This document shows positions 11,801 to 20,422 of a stretch of 64,000 bases of DNA, in pieces; the stretch's first letter is position 1, and each line of letters begins with the position of its first letter. A program made the position numbers and the translations under genes. The DNA comes from Candidatus Latescibacterota bacterium (GTDB lineage Bacteria > Latescibacterota > UBA2968 > UBA8231). The DNA lies in assembly GCA_965243025.1 (NCBI GenBank), contig CBDETY010000003.1, positions 3,200,001 to 3,264,000 of the forward strand. The letters run 5' to 3'. A model generated the notes under the pieces. The model had not been told where the DNA came from and did not search any database. It worked only from the letters and a program-made list of their open reading frames with translations.

Positions 11801-13191
11801 TCGGCTATGAACTCGGATGCCTCGAAATCGTAGGTCCTGAAGGGGTCGTCGAGGTTGAGGTACATCTCGTCCTCGACGTAGATCGAATCCCAGTCGATGA
11901 CGTAACGGGCCTTGTGGTCGGTGAGCTCACGCATCACCGCCGAGCGCGCCCGCGCCCGGGTATCCTGCGGGGGCGTCACGATGGCCCGGTTCACCATTTC
12001 GTCGGAGACCACCTTCCTGGTAATCCCCTGGTCCCGGAGATCGAAGTACAGCCCCTTGCCGGGGTTGAGGTTGTGATACTCGAGGTCGAGGCTCTGGACC
12101 CAGGTGTCCTGCCAGTCGAGCTGCTCCGACTCCATGAACGACTCGAGCAGCCATTTCTTCGTCACCCAGTCGACCCGGTCGACCAGCGCCATCGGGTCGT
12201 GAACCAGGGCGTCGAGCACGAAGCGCCACTCGTCGAGCACCCAGTCCGCCTCGCTGTCGAGGCCGCGCAGGTAGCGCTCGGCGAGCTCGAGGTACCGGTA
12301 CTGAATCTCGCTTGCGGTCGTGTAGCTGCCGTCCTCGAGCTGGACTTCCCAGCGGTACTCGAGGTCGCGGGAGATCTCCCGGATCGCCTGCACCGGGTCG
12401 AGGAGCTTGATGTCCGGGACGATGCGCTCCTCGAGCAGCTCGAGCATCAGGGCGGTGGTGCCGACCTTCAGCGCGGTCGCGTACTCCGACATGTTCGAGT
12501 CCCCTACCAGGAGGTGCAGGCGGCGGTAGAGTCCCCAGTCCGCCAGCGGCTCGTCGCGGGTGTTGATGATGGCGCGGCTGAACTGGATCCACTGGTAGAT
12601 CTCGGTGACGATGTGGTCGGCGCGCTGGGAGATCTGGTACGGGACCTCGCGGTCCTCGCCGCCGCCTCCGTACTCGAAGATGTCGGTGTGGCAGCCGACC
12701 CGGCCGGCCCCGGCGTAGATCTGGCGGCTGACGAAGAAGGGCAGGATCGCCGGCAGCAGGACCTGGGCGAAGGGAACGTCGCGGCGCACGAGGTAGTTCT
12801 CGTGGCAGCCGAAGGTCGCCCCGGTGTAGTGGTCGATGTTGTTCTTGAAGAACGAGGCGTCCTCGGCAAGGCCGAGCTGCTCGAGGGCCCGCTGCACCAT
12901 CAGCTCGCCGGCGCGGTCCGAGGCGACGAGGTCGAACAGCCCGCGGCATTCCGGGGTCGCGTACTCGACGTGGCCCATGTCGATGTACATCCTGCCGCCG
13001 TTGAACAGGAAGCCGCCGTTGCCTGGAGGCTCGTCGCGGCCCCGGTAGTGTATGTCGACGATGCCGAGGCCCTCGCGGTAGAAGACGTAGTCCTTGGTCT
13101 TCACCGAAATGAAATCCGGACTGAGGAAGGGGTCCGAGTCCGGAGGCATGCAGCCGAATTCGATTTCGAGTCCGTATATGCGGTTGCGCAT
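11776..13191 (-). CDS. pafA: Pup/UBact-protein ligase (PafA family)
   Basis: MRNRIYGLEIEFG (GhExE), FLFNGGRMYIDMGHVEYATPEC, FKNNID, FGCHENYL, IINTRDEPLAD, RRLHLLVGDSNMSE and LDLEYH. Lacks the Dop loop. The ORF-track N-terminal extension overlaps prcA and is discounted. Confidence 0.92.
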   Translation of the reverse strand: MRNRIYGLEIEFGCMPPDSDPFLSPDFISVKTKDYVFYREGLGIVDIHYRGRDEPPGNGGFLFNGGRMYIDMGHVEYATPECRGLFDLVASDRAGELMVQRALEQLGLAEDASFFKNNIDHYTGATFGCHENYLVRRDVPFAQVLLPAILPFFVSRQIYAGAGRVGCHTDIFEYGGGGEDREVPYQISQRADHIVTEIYQWIQFSRAIINTRDEPLADWGLYRRLHLLVGDSNMSEYATALKVGTTALMLELLEERIVPDIKLLDPVQAIREISRDLEYRWEVQLEDGSYTTASEIQYRYLELAERYLRGLDSEADWVLDEWRFVLDALVHDPMALVDRVDWVTKKWLLESFMESEQLDWQDTWVQSLDLEYHNLNPGKGLYFDLRDQGITRKVVSDEMVNRAIVTPPQDTRARARSAVMRELTDHKARYVIDWDSIYVEDEMYLNLDDPFRTYDFEASEFIAECRRTPCP

Positions 13192-13213
13192 CTGGGTCGC
13201 CCCTGGCCGGGGG

Positions 13214-13975
13214 CTACTTCCCGAACCGGCCCAGCGCCTCCTCGAGGTCGGCCGGCGGCAACAGGCGGAACTTCGATTTCGTCGGCAGGGTGCGGTCGAG
13301 GACGGCCGCTTCGATCCGCTGGCCGCCGTCCAGAGCCTGGGAGACGCTTTCGGAGATCTCGCCGGAGGTCGGCTCCCCGGTGCGCCCGGGCTCGCTGTAG
13401 AGCCGCCCCAGCGCCCAGCGCTCGAGGGCGCGCTGCAATGCTTCGTCAAGGCCGGGAGCCTCGGATCCGGCGGCGGCGTGCCGTTCCATTGCCTCCCGGC
13501 TCTCCGGGGTGCCGGCGACCGCGGCGGCCGCGCCCGAGGCGGCGAACGATCCGTCGGCGTCGACGGTGTAGAATGCCTCCCCTCCGGCGCCGGCATCGAG
13601 CTCGGCGACGAGTACGCGGGCGATGAACGGGGAGCGAAAGATCTCGTCGAAGGCGGTCTTCATCAGCGGCCCGATTCCGAAGCTGACCAGCCGCTGCAGG
13701 GAGACGTCCCGGGCCGAGAGGTTGAACGCCTCGACGTGGGCTATGTCGATGACGGCCTTGCGCAGCTTTTCGATGTCGGCAGGGTGGCCGATGGCGGCGA
13801 AGGCGACCTGGTTGTAGATCTCGAACAGCTTGCGCGGCCCCGGCGTCGTGGTCAGCAGCAGGATGCCGTCCTCGTAGACGGAACCGACCACCGGGCTGGC
13901 GGACTTGAGCTGGTCCTCGAGGTACTCGCGGCGATTGCGGATCGCCTCGACCCAGCGGTAGGGTTCGTCGAGCAT
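13214..13975 (-). CDS. prcA: 20S proteasome alpha subunit
   Basis: EPYRWVEAIRNRREY...SPVV...RKLFEIYNQVAFAAIGHPADIEKLR and IEAAVLDR; lies between prcB and pafA. Confidence 0.9.
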   Translation of the reverse strand: MLDEPYRWVEAIRNRREYLEDQLKSASPVVGSVYEDGILLLTTTPGPRKLFEIYNQVAFAAIGHPADIEKLRKAVIDIAHVEAFNLSARDVSLQRLVSFGIGPLMKTAFDEIFRSPFIARVLVAELDAGAGGEAFYTVDADGSFAASGAAAAVAGTPESREAMERHAAAGSEAPGLDEALQRALERWALGRLYSEPGRTGEPTSGEISESVSQALDGGQRIEAAVLDRTLPTKSKFRLLPPADLEEALGRFGK

Positions 13976-13978
13976 GGG

Positions 13979-14842
13979 TCAGTGGAGCGTCTCGTAGAGC
14001 GCCTGCAGCTCCGGTTCGGCGACCGGTTCGACCCCCGCGGCGGTGACCCGCATGACCTGGGGGAAGATGCGCGCCACCGGTTTGTAGCCGCCGGTGGCGG
14101 TGTCGTACTCGGCGGCGGTTTCCAGCATCTTCAGGATGAGGGACAGGGACTCCCCGGCCTCCATCCCCGCCAGCGGCCTTTCCCCCCAGCGGTTCAGGTA
14201 GTAGAGGGCGCCGCGGATGACCTGGGATCCCGACCCGGTTGTGCAGAAGTCGACCGACTCGAAGGTGGCTCCGAGAACGTCGTAGAAGAAGATCTTGCCG
14301 CCGCCGGGACCGCTGCCCTCGTAGGTCGCGTAGATCGGGACCACGGCGCCGATCCCCTGCAGGGCCATCGGCAGGTTCTCGCGCATCAGCCGCGACAGGG
14401 TTCGCAGCCTGCCGTCGAGGCTCATCTCCTGCAACTGCGAGCGCCGGTAGTGCTGGAAGGAAATCTCGAGCATGCGCGCGATCTCGTAGGCGTTCGCCGG
14501 CGAGCCCGACAGGGCCAGCACCGATCCGTCGTCGACCCGCAGGACCTTGTCGGCGCGGTCGTGGATGACGGTGTTGCCCATGGTCGCGCGGCGGTCCCCG
14601 GCGACGAGGACGCCGTCGCGGCAGCGCAGGGCGAGAATGGTGGTGCCTTCGGTCGACTCGACCGCGGCTTCGGCGCCGGTAGTTTCCGGCGCCCCGGGCA
14701 GCTGCCCGTTCTGTTTCAGGAGATTGAGGAAATCGGTGTGTTCCAAGGCGGATGGCCCTGTGCGGCGGCGCCCGGCCGGCGCTGCCGCCCCGGTTCGGGC
14801 CGCGCCCTGGTGGCCTGTCCCGGGAGGGGACGCCGGGCTCAC
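13979..14842 (-). CDS. prcB: 20S proteasome beta subunit with propeptide
   Basis: Autocleavage site TEG|TTILAL after a ~66-aa propeptide; AGDRRATMG, TGSGS and DTATGG. The GTG start overlaps the ubact stop. Confidence 0.93.
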   Translation of the reverse strand: MSPASPPGTGHQGAARTGAAAPAGRRRTGPSALEHTDFLNLLKQNGQLPGAPETTGAEAAVESTEGTTILALRCRDGVLVAGDRRATMGNTVIHDRADKVLRVDDGSVLALSGSPANAYEIARMLEISFQHYRRSQLQEMSLDGRLRTLSRLMRENLPMALQGIGAVVPIYATYEGSGPGGGKIFFYDVLGATFESVDFCTTGSGSQVIRGALYYLNRWGERPLAGMEAGESLSLILKMLETAAEYDTATGGYKPVARIFPQVMRVTAAGVEPVAEPELQALYETLH

Positions 14843-15030
14843 TCCCCGGTGCGCTGACGGTAGCGGCGCGCCTGGTTGGGGTCGACCTTGCGCATGCGGC
14901 GCAGCAGGTCGTCGGTGTTCGGCCGTTCCACCTTGGGGCGGCGGGGTCCTGGATCGTCGCCGTCGCCGCCGCCGCCGTCCATCGGCTTGGCCGGCCGCGG
15001 GGCCCGGTCGCGCATTTCAACTGACCGCAT
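14839..15030 (-). CDS. ubact: Ubiquitin-like modifier UBact (Pup analogue)
   Basis: 63-aa low-complexity protein ending LLRRMRKVDPNQARRYRQRTGE, which matches the UBact R[T/S]G[E/Q] terminus. GAGGAG RBS; sits at the pup position between dop and prcB. Confidence 0.9.
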   Translation of the reverse strand: MRSVEMRDRAPRPAKPMDGGGGDGDDPGPRRPKVERPNTDDLLRRMRKVDPNQARRYRQRTGE

Positions 15031-16561
15031 GGTGCATCTCCTCGAGTTGGGTGATCAAACCCGACACGCTGTCGGCCTCTTCCAAGACCGCCATAAAGGT
15101 AGCCGCCGTTTCCCGCTCGACACAACCCTTCAGGTCGACGGTCTCGACCCTGCCGCCGACGGTGAACTCGATGCTGTCCCAGTTCAGGGAGCGCACCTCG
15201 GAACCGAACTTCTGCAGGCAGCGGCCGCGAAAGGCGGCGCGCGTCGCCTCGGGGGCCTCGACCATGGCGCGGGCAACCTCGCCGTCGCCGGCCAACTGTT
15301 CGCCGGCGCCGTCTGCGGCGAGCAGGGTGAACAGCCCTTCCTCCGGATCGATGTTGTGGTACTCGAGGTCCTGGCTCTGCAGCCAGGCGAGGTCGTCGGG
15401 GTCGTTCCAGTCCAGCCCTTCGGCCTCGGCGAAGGCCCCGAGCATCCACTCCTTCGTCACCCAGTCGCACCTGCCCCTGAGCCGCGCGGGATCCCCGGCG
15501 AGCGCCTCGAGCACCTCCTCCCAGGCGCCGAGCACCCAGTCGGTTTCCGCGTCTCTCCCCGCCGCTCCGGCCGCGGCGCGCTCGAGGAAGGCGCGCTGGA
15601 TCTCGAGCGCGGTCGTGTGCCTGCCCCCCTCCAGCTCGACTTCCCAGACGCGCCGCGGATCCCGCGAGACCGACTTGACCGCTCCCACCGGGTCGGCGAG
15701 GACGAGCCGGGGCAGCTGCCCGCGCTCGAGCAGCTCGAGAACGAGCAGGGCGGTTCCCGTCTTCAGGGCGGTGGCGAACTCCGACATGTTGGCGTCGCCG
15801 TTTATCAGGTGCAGGCGGCGGTAGAGGGCGGCGTCGGCGTGCGGCTCGTCGCGGGTGTTGACCAGCGGCCGCCGCGTCATCGTGTCGATGCTGGCGATGC
15901 ACTCGAAGAAATCGGAGCGCTGCGCCAGCTGGAACACCGCCTGGCCGGCGCCGCGTTCCGCCTCGACCCCGACCTTGCCGGCCCCGGCGAAGATCTGGCG
16001 GGTGACCAGGAACGGCAGCAGGCCGTCGATCACCTGCTGGAAGGGAACGTCGCGGCGCACGAGATAGTTCTCGTGGCAGCCGTAGCTGTGGCCCTCGAAG
16101 TCGGTGTTGTTCTTGTAGAGGCGGACGGTGCCGCCGTCGTCCCGGGTCTCGGTGCGGCGGCGCGCGCACTGCAGCAGGATGCGCTCACCGGCGCGGTCGA
16201 AGGCGACCAGGTCGCGCAGCGAGAAGACCTCGGGGGTCGAGTACTCCGGGTGGGTGTGGTCGTTGTACAGGCGCGCCCCGTTGGTGAGGATCAGGTCGCT
16301 CTTGAGCTCCTTCAGCGGTATGCGCCGGTCGCGGTCGCGCTGCAGGTGGTCGGCTTCGTCCTTGTCGTTGAGCAGCTCCTCGACCTCGAAGCCGCGCGCG
16401 TCGAGGCGCGGGTTCTCCAGCCCGTAGTCCCAGCGCGCGACGAAGTCCTCGCGCAGGTAGCAGCGGATCAGCTCCATCGACTCGACGACGACATCGAGCT
16501 TCTCCACGCCGTCGACCTGGATCCCGTACTCGGTTTCGAGACCGAACAGCCGGTCGCCCAA
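15017..16561 (-). CDS. dop: Deamidase/depupylase (Dop, PafA2 family)
   Basis: TTG start; GLETEYG, Dop-loop WDYGLENPRLDARGF, LTNGARLYNDHTHPEYSTPE, YKNNTD, SYGCHENYL and NTRDEPHAD. Confidence 0.92.
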   Translation of the reverse strand: MGDRLFGLETEYGIQVDGVEKLDVVVESMELIRCYLREDFVARWDYGLENPRLDARGFEVEELLNDKDEADHLQRDRDRRIPLKELKSDLILTNGARLYNDHTHPEYSTPEVFSLRDLVAFDRAGERILLQCARRRTETRDDGGTVRLYKNNTDFEGHSYGCHENYLVRRDVPFQQVIDGLLPFLVTRQIFAGAGKVGVEAERGAGQAVFQLAQRSDFFECIASIDTMTRRPLVNTRDEPHADAALYRRLHLINGDANMSEFATALKTGTALLVLELLERGQLPRLVLADPVGAVKSVSRDPRRVWEVELEGGRHTTALEIQRAFLERAAAGAAGRDAETDWVLGAWEEVLEALAGDPARLRGRCDWVTKEWMLGAFAEAEGLDWNDPDDLAWLQSQDLEYHNIDPEEGLFTLLAADGAGEQLAGDGEVARAMVEAPEATRAAFRGRCLQKFGSEVRSLNWDSIEFTVGGRVETVDLKGCVERETAATFMAVLEEADSVSGLITQLEEMHHAVS

Positions 16562-16562
16562 G

Positions 16563-18344
16563 TCAGATGACCTTGCCGGCGGCCTCGGTTTCCCGGTCGC
16601 GGTCGGCGGCGGAGCTCACCGGCGCCACGCGGACGACGTTCTCCGGATCGTAGTCGAGCAGCTTGAGCCAGTCCTCGACGCTGTCGGTGGGGGGGAAGAC
16701 CTCGTTCTCGCGGTACTCGGCGTTGATGGCGTTGGCGAGGTCCTCGAAGCGGATGCCGGCGTCGCCGTCGCTCTCGGCGATGGCGCGCTTGATAGCCGCT
16801 TCCTTGGCGCGCTGGACGATGCTGTCTATGAGGGCGCCGCTGGCGAGATCGCCGAAATGAAGGTTCTCCTGGCGGCCGCTGCGCAGGGCGACCTCGAGGA
16901 ACCGGGTCTCTTCGCTGGGCGCGAACAGCGCCTTCACCGCCTCTTCGATCAGGGCGGTGCGGGCTTCCCCGGCGCCGCCGTAGCGCTCCACCTCGCCCGG
17001 GTCTATCGGCAGGTCCTCGGTCAGGTAGATCCCGAAGATTTCCCGGGAGGCCTCCAACCCCGGGCGCAGGACCTTGATCTTGCGGTCGATCCGCCCCGGC
17101 CGGAGGATCGCCGGGTCGATGAGGTCGTGCCTGTTGGAGGCGAGAATGATGACGACGTCCTGCAGCGACTCGATGCCGTCCATCTCGGTGCAGAACATCG
17201 GCACCACCGTGTTGGCGATGTGGTGGCTGCGCATCGACCGGCGCGTTCCGAGGATCGACTCCGCCTCGTCGATGAAGACGAAGGGCAGGTACCCCTCCTT
17301 CCGCTTCTGCCGCGCCTGCGCGAAGATCTCGCGGACCATGCGCTCGGTCTCGCCGAGCCACATGTTGAGGATCTCCGGGCCCTTGACGTGCATGAAGTAC
17401 TCCCTGACGTCGAGGCCCTCCTCGCTGCGCAGGTGCTGCACGAGGTTGTAGGCCGTCGCCTTGCCGATGAGGGTCTTGCCGCAGCCCGGCGGGCCGTAGA
17501 GCAGGAACCCCTTGGGGGTCGAGTAGCGGAACCTTTCGAACAGCTCCGGGTGCCTGGCCGGCAGCTCGATGGTGTCGCGGATTCCCCGGATCGCCTCCTC
17601 CTGGCCGCCGATCCGGTCCCACGTCATTTCCGGGATCTCCTCGAGGAAGTACTCCCTGCTCTCGCGCGACTGCAGCAGCTCGAGGGCGACCCTCATCGAG
17701 GCATCGGTGCGGACCTCGTCCCCCGCCTTGAGCTCGAGGCCGGCCAGCTCCTCGGAGCGTTCGAGAACGAAGTCGCTGGTGGCGTGCTCGTTGCCGATGC
17801 GCAGGCGGCCGTCGGGGAGGACGTCGGTGATTCGCACCACCGGCCCGGCGGGATTGCGCGGCAGCACCCCGACGACCGCGTACGCCTCGTTGATCAGCAC
17901 GCGCCCGCCGACCTCGAGCTCGCCCGGGTCGATGCGCGGGTCGACGTTGGCGAAGTACTCGGAGCCGCCGACGAGGATGGTGGCGATCCCGTCCCGGGGA
18001 GCGTCGATGCAGATGCCTACGCGGTTGGAAGGGGAGGTCACCTTCTCCAGGGCGGCCTCGAGCTCGACCAGGGCCCGCCGCGCCTCCTGGAAGGTGATCT
18101 CCCGCTCCATCAGCTGCCGCCGCAGCTGGTAGAGCAGCGGCCGCGACGGGTCGCGGTCCGGCAGCAGAATCAGCACCTGGTCGACGAGCCGGAGCGGCTC
18201 TTCGTCGAAGTCGCGCCGCCCCTCCTCTTCCGGGTCGCCCCGCAGGTAGGGGGACTCGAGCTCCTCGAACTCGTCGCCCTGGCGTCCCCCGCCGGCGGGG
18301 TCGTCAGGGTCGCGGTAATCCGGGTAGTCGCGGTCGTTTTTCAT
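16563..18344 (-). CDS. arc: Proteasome-associated AAA ATPase (ARC/Mpa)
   Basis: N-terminal coiled coil and OB region; Walker A GPPGCGKT, KGPEILNMWLGETER, Walker B FIDEAES, DPAILRPGRIDRKIKV and SGALIDSIVQRAK. Confidence 0.93.
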   Translation of the reverse strand: MKNDRDYPDYRDPDDPAGGGRQGDEFEELESPYLRGDPEEEGRRDFDEEPLRLVDQVLILLPDRDPSRPLLYQLRRQLMEREITFQEARRALVELEAALEKVTSPSNRVGICIDAPRDGIATILVGGSEYFANVDPRIDPGELEVGGRVLINEAYAVVGVLPRNPAGPVVRITDVLPDGRLRIGNEHATSDFVLERSEELAGLELKAGDEVRTDASMRVALELLQSRESREYFLEEIPEMTWDRIGGQEEAIRGIRDTIELPARHPELFERFRYSTPKGFLLYGPPGCGKTLIGKATAYNLVQHLRSEEGLDVREYFMHVKGPEILNMWLGETERMVREIFAQARQKRKEGYLPFVFIDEAESILGTRRSMRSHHIANTVVPMFCTEMDGIESLQDVVIILASNRHDLIDPAILRPGRIDRKIKVLRPGLEASREIFGIYLTEDLPIDPGEVERYGGAGEARTALIEEAVKALFAPSEETRFLEVALRSGRQENLHFGDLASGALIDSIVQRAKEAAIKRAIAESDGDAGIRFEDLANAINAEYRENEVFPPTDSVEDWLKLLDYDPENVVRVAPVSSAADRDRETEAAGKVI

Positions 18345-18403
18345 GCGTCAGTCCTGGCCCCGGGTGGGAGGCAGCGCCGCAGGCCCATGCCGGGTCCGCC
18401 GCA

Positions 18404-19147
18404 TCAGTGGATGACGTCGCCGAGCCTGCCGTAGCGGGTGCGCGTCGGAAGCGTTGGAAGGTTCCAGATGAAGCTGGCTGTATCCATCAGCAGCTGCGGC
18501 AGCCCCCGCAGGATGCCGGGGCCTGCTTTCAGGGTAGCCGACCAGTAGATGATCATCGCCTTTCCCTTGACGTGGCTGCGCGGAACCGGGCCGAAGACGC
18601 GGCTGTCGCTGCTGTTGTCGCGGTTGTCCCCCATCATGAAGAACTGGTCCTCCGGCACCCGGTAGGGGCCGAAGTTGTCCCGCATGCTGTAGGAGGCCTG
18701 GTGGATGCGGGGGTCGGTGTGTTTCGACAGCGGCGGGTTCGGGAATTCCTCGCCGTCGACGTAGAGGACCTTGTCGACCACCTGGACCTGCTGGCCGCCG
18801 ACGGCGACGCAGCGCTTGATCAGGTCGCGCCCCGGCTCGGTTTTCGAGCGGAAGATCACGATGTCCCCCGGCTGCGGGTCGCTCAGGGCCGGCAGCCTGA
18901 AAAGGGGGGCGGCCACGAAGGGAATCTCGACGGGGGCTCCGTACACGAACTTGTTCGCCAGCAGGTAATCCCCGACGAAAAGGGTGTCCTCCATCGATCC
19001 GGAGGGAATGTAGAAGGCCTGGACCACGGTGCTGCGGATGAGCAGGGCCAGGCATATGGCGACGACGATCGACGACAGGTACTCCCGCATCCCCGACCGC
19101 TGCGTCCGTTCCGGCGGGTCTGGCTCAGGCTGATTTTCAGGAGGCAT
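18404..19147 (-). CDS. lepB: Signal peptidase I
   Basis: TM helix followed by AFYIPSGSMEDTL (catalytic Ser), LIKRCV (Lys) and MGDNRDNSSDSR. Confidence 0.93.
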   Translation of the reverse strand: MPPENQPEPDPPERTQRSGMREYLSSIVVAICLALLIRSTVVQAFYIPSGSMEDTLFVGDYLLANKFVYGAPVEIPFVAAPLFRLPALSDPQPGDIVIFRSKTEPGRDLIKRCVAVGGQQVQVVDKVLYVDGEEFPNPPLSKHTDPRIHQASYSMRDNFGPYRVPEDQFFMMGDNRDNSSDSRVFGPVPRSHVKGKAMIIYWSATLKAGPGILRGLPQLLMDTASFIWNLPTLPTRTRYGRLGDVIH

Positions 19148-19187
19148 CGATCCGGACCTTCGAATTCCGGTGCAAGTCAGTCGGTAC

Positions 19188-19216
19188 AGTATACAGAAGG
19201 GGAAATGGCCTGTCAC
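19188..19216 (-). promoter_or_regulatory. Near-consensus sigma70 promoter upstream of lepB-arc-dop-ubact-prcBA-pafA
   Basis: Minus strand GTGACA (19216-19211)-N17-TATACT (19193-19188), 40 nt before the lepB ATG. Confidence 0.65.
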
Positions 19217-19344
19217 CAACGGATCGGCATCCGGATGGCCGGCGGCCCAGGGCGGGGGGTGGTCGATCCCGGCGGATGGGCGTTCTGCCGTTCCCCCCGG
19301 GTACCACCGGGACGGAAACGGACGCGGGTGGACCGGCCGGCCCG

Positions 19345-20346
19345 TCAGCCGCGGCTCGCGACCTCGGCCACCGCCCCTTCCCGCCAGGAGCGGATGGCGG
19401 CCTCGATGATTTCCTGGGCGGCGAGGCCGTCGTCTCCCGATGCCTCTATGCAGTCGGGGGCCGCCCCCTCGCTCAGCTGCTCGATCCAGCGGTCGATGCG
19501 GGTGTGGAAGGTGTCGCCGAATCCCGTCATCCCCCCCATGATGCTGTTGCGCACCACGGTCAGCTCCTCTCCCCGGCGCGGGTAGAAGGTCAGCTCCTCG
19601 AAGCAGTTGTCGAGGACGAACCGCCCTTCCGTTCCCATGACCTCGCAGCGCTCGAGGTTGTGGCGCGGCGCCGCGTCGTAGCTGCCGGTCAGGTGGCCGA
19701 CGACGCCGTTGGCGAACTCCATGTTGATCTGCGCGTTCGACCAGCAGATCCGCCCCGGGGCGCGGTTGAGGAAGGCGTGCACCCGCTTCACCTCGCCGCC
19801 GAAGTAGCGCATGATGTCGATAGAGTGCGGGTGCAGCGCCCGCAGGTGGAACCACTCGGAGGTTTCGTTGGGGTTGTCGATCCACATCGTCATGTTGAGC
19901 AGCAGCAGGTCGCCGAGCCGGCCCTCGTCGATCCAGGCCCGGGCGCGTTCCGCAGGCGGAACGAAGCGGTGGTTGAGGTTGATGCCGAAGCAGACCCCCT
20001 GCTCCCTGGCCCTGGCGACCATCTCCCTGGCCTGACCGATGTCGTTGGAGATCGGCTTCTCGCACAACACGTGCCTGCCGGCGTCCAGCGCCCTCATCAC
20101 CGGCTCGTAGTGGTCGCCGCCGTTCTCGAAGCCCCCCGTGGCGACGCTGACGGCGTCGAGCTCCTCGGACTCGAGCAGCTCTTCCACCGAGTAGTGCGGG
20201 CGGGCCCCGAAGCGGGCGGCCGCGGCGTCGGCGCGCTCCTTGACCATGTCGCAGACGGCGACGAGGTCGGCCTTGTCCGACCTGGCATAGACTTCGGCGT
20301 GGTTGGCCCCTATCCCCCTCATCCCGATCACGGCAACCTTCAGCAT
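19345..20346 (-). CDS. Gfo/Idh/MocA family oxidoreductase
   Basis: VAVIGMRGIG Rossmann motif, HVLCEKP and INLNHRF. Confidence 0.9.
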   Translation of the reverse strand: MLKVAVIGMRGIGANHAEVYARSDKADLVAVCDMVKERADAAAARFGARPHYSVEELLESEELDAVSVATGGFENGGDHYEPVMRALDAGRHVLCEKPISNDIGQAREMVARAREQGVCFGINLNHRFVPPAERARAWIDEGRLGDLLLLNMTMWIDNPNETSEWFHLRALHPHSIDIMRYFGGEVKRVHAFLNRAPGRICWSNAQINMEFANGVVGHLTGSYDAAPRHNLERCEVMGTEGRFVLDNCFEELTFYPRRGEELTVVRNSIMGGMTGFGDTFHTRIDRWIEQLSEGAAPDCIEASGDDGLAAQEIIEAAIRSWREGAVAEVASRG

Positions 20347-20422
20347 GATTCTTCTCCGGACTGTGTTCAGTGCTGTTCAGTGCCCGCTCGCGCAGGCAGG
20401 CGTACGAACAAAGGCGTTGAAT

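Noticed and set aside
13192-13596. Long N-terminal extensions of pafA (and likewise lepB, phyH 35107 and NAGPA) in the ORF track
   Set aside because: They overlap neighbouring genes or the RNA candidate and are not protein-like; downstream starts match the family N-termini.
14839-15030. Calling the small ORF Pup
   Set aside because: It lacks the GG[E/Q] terminus and the Pup core; RTGE fits UBact.
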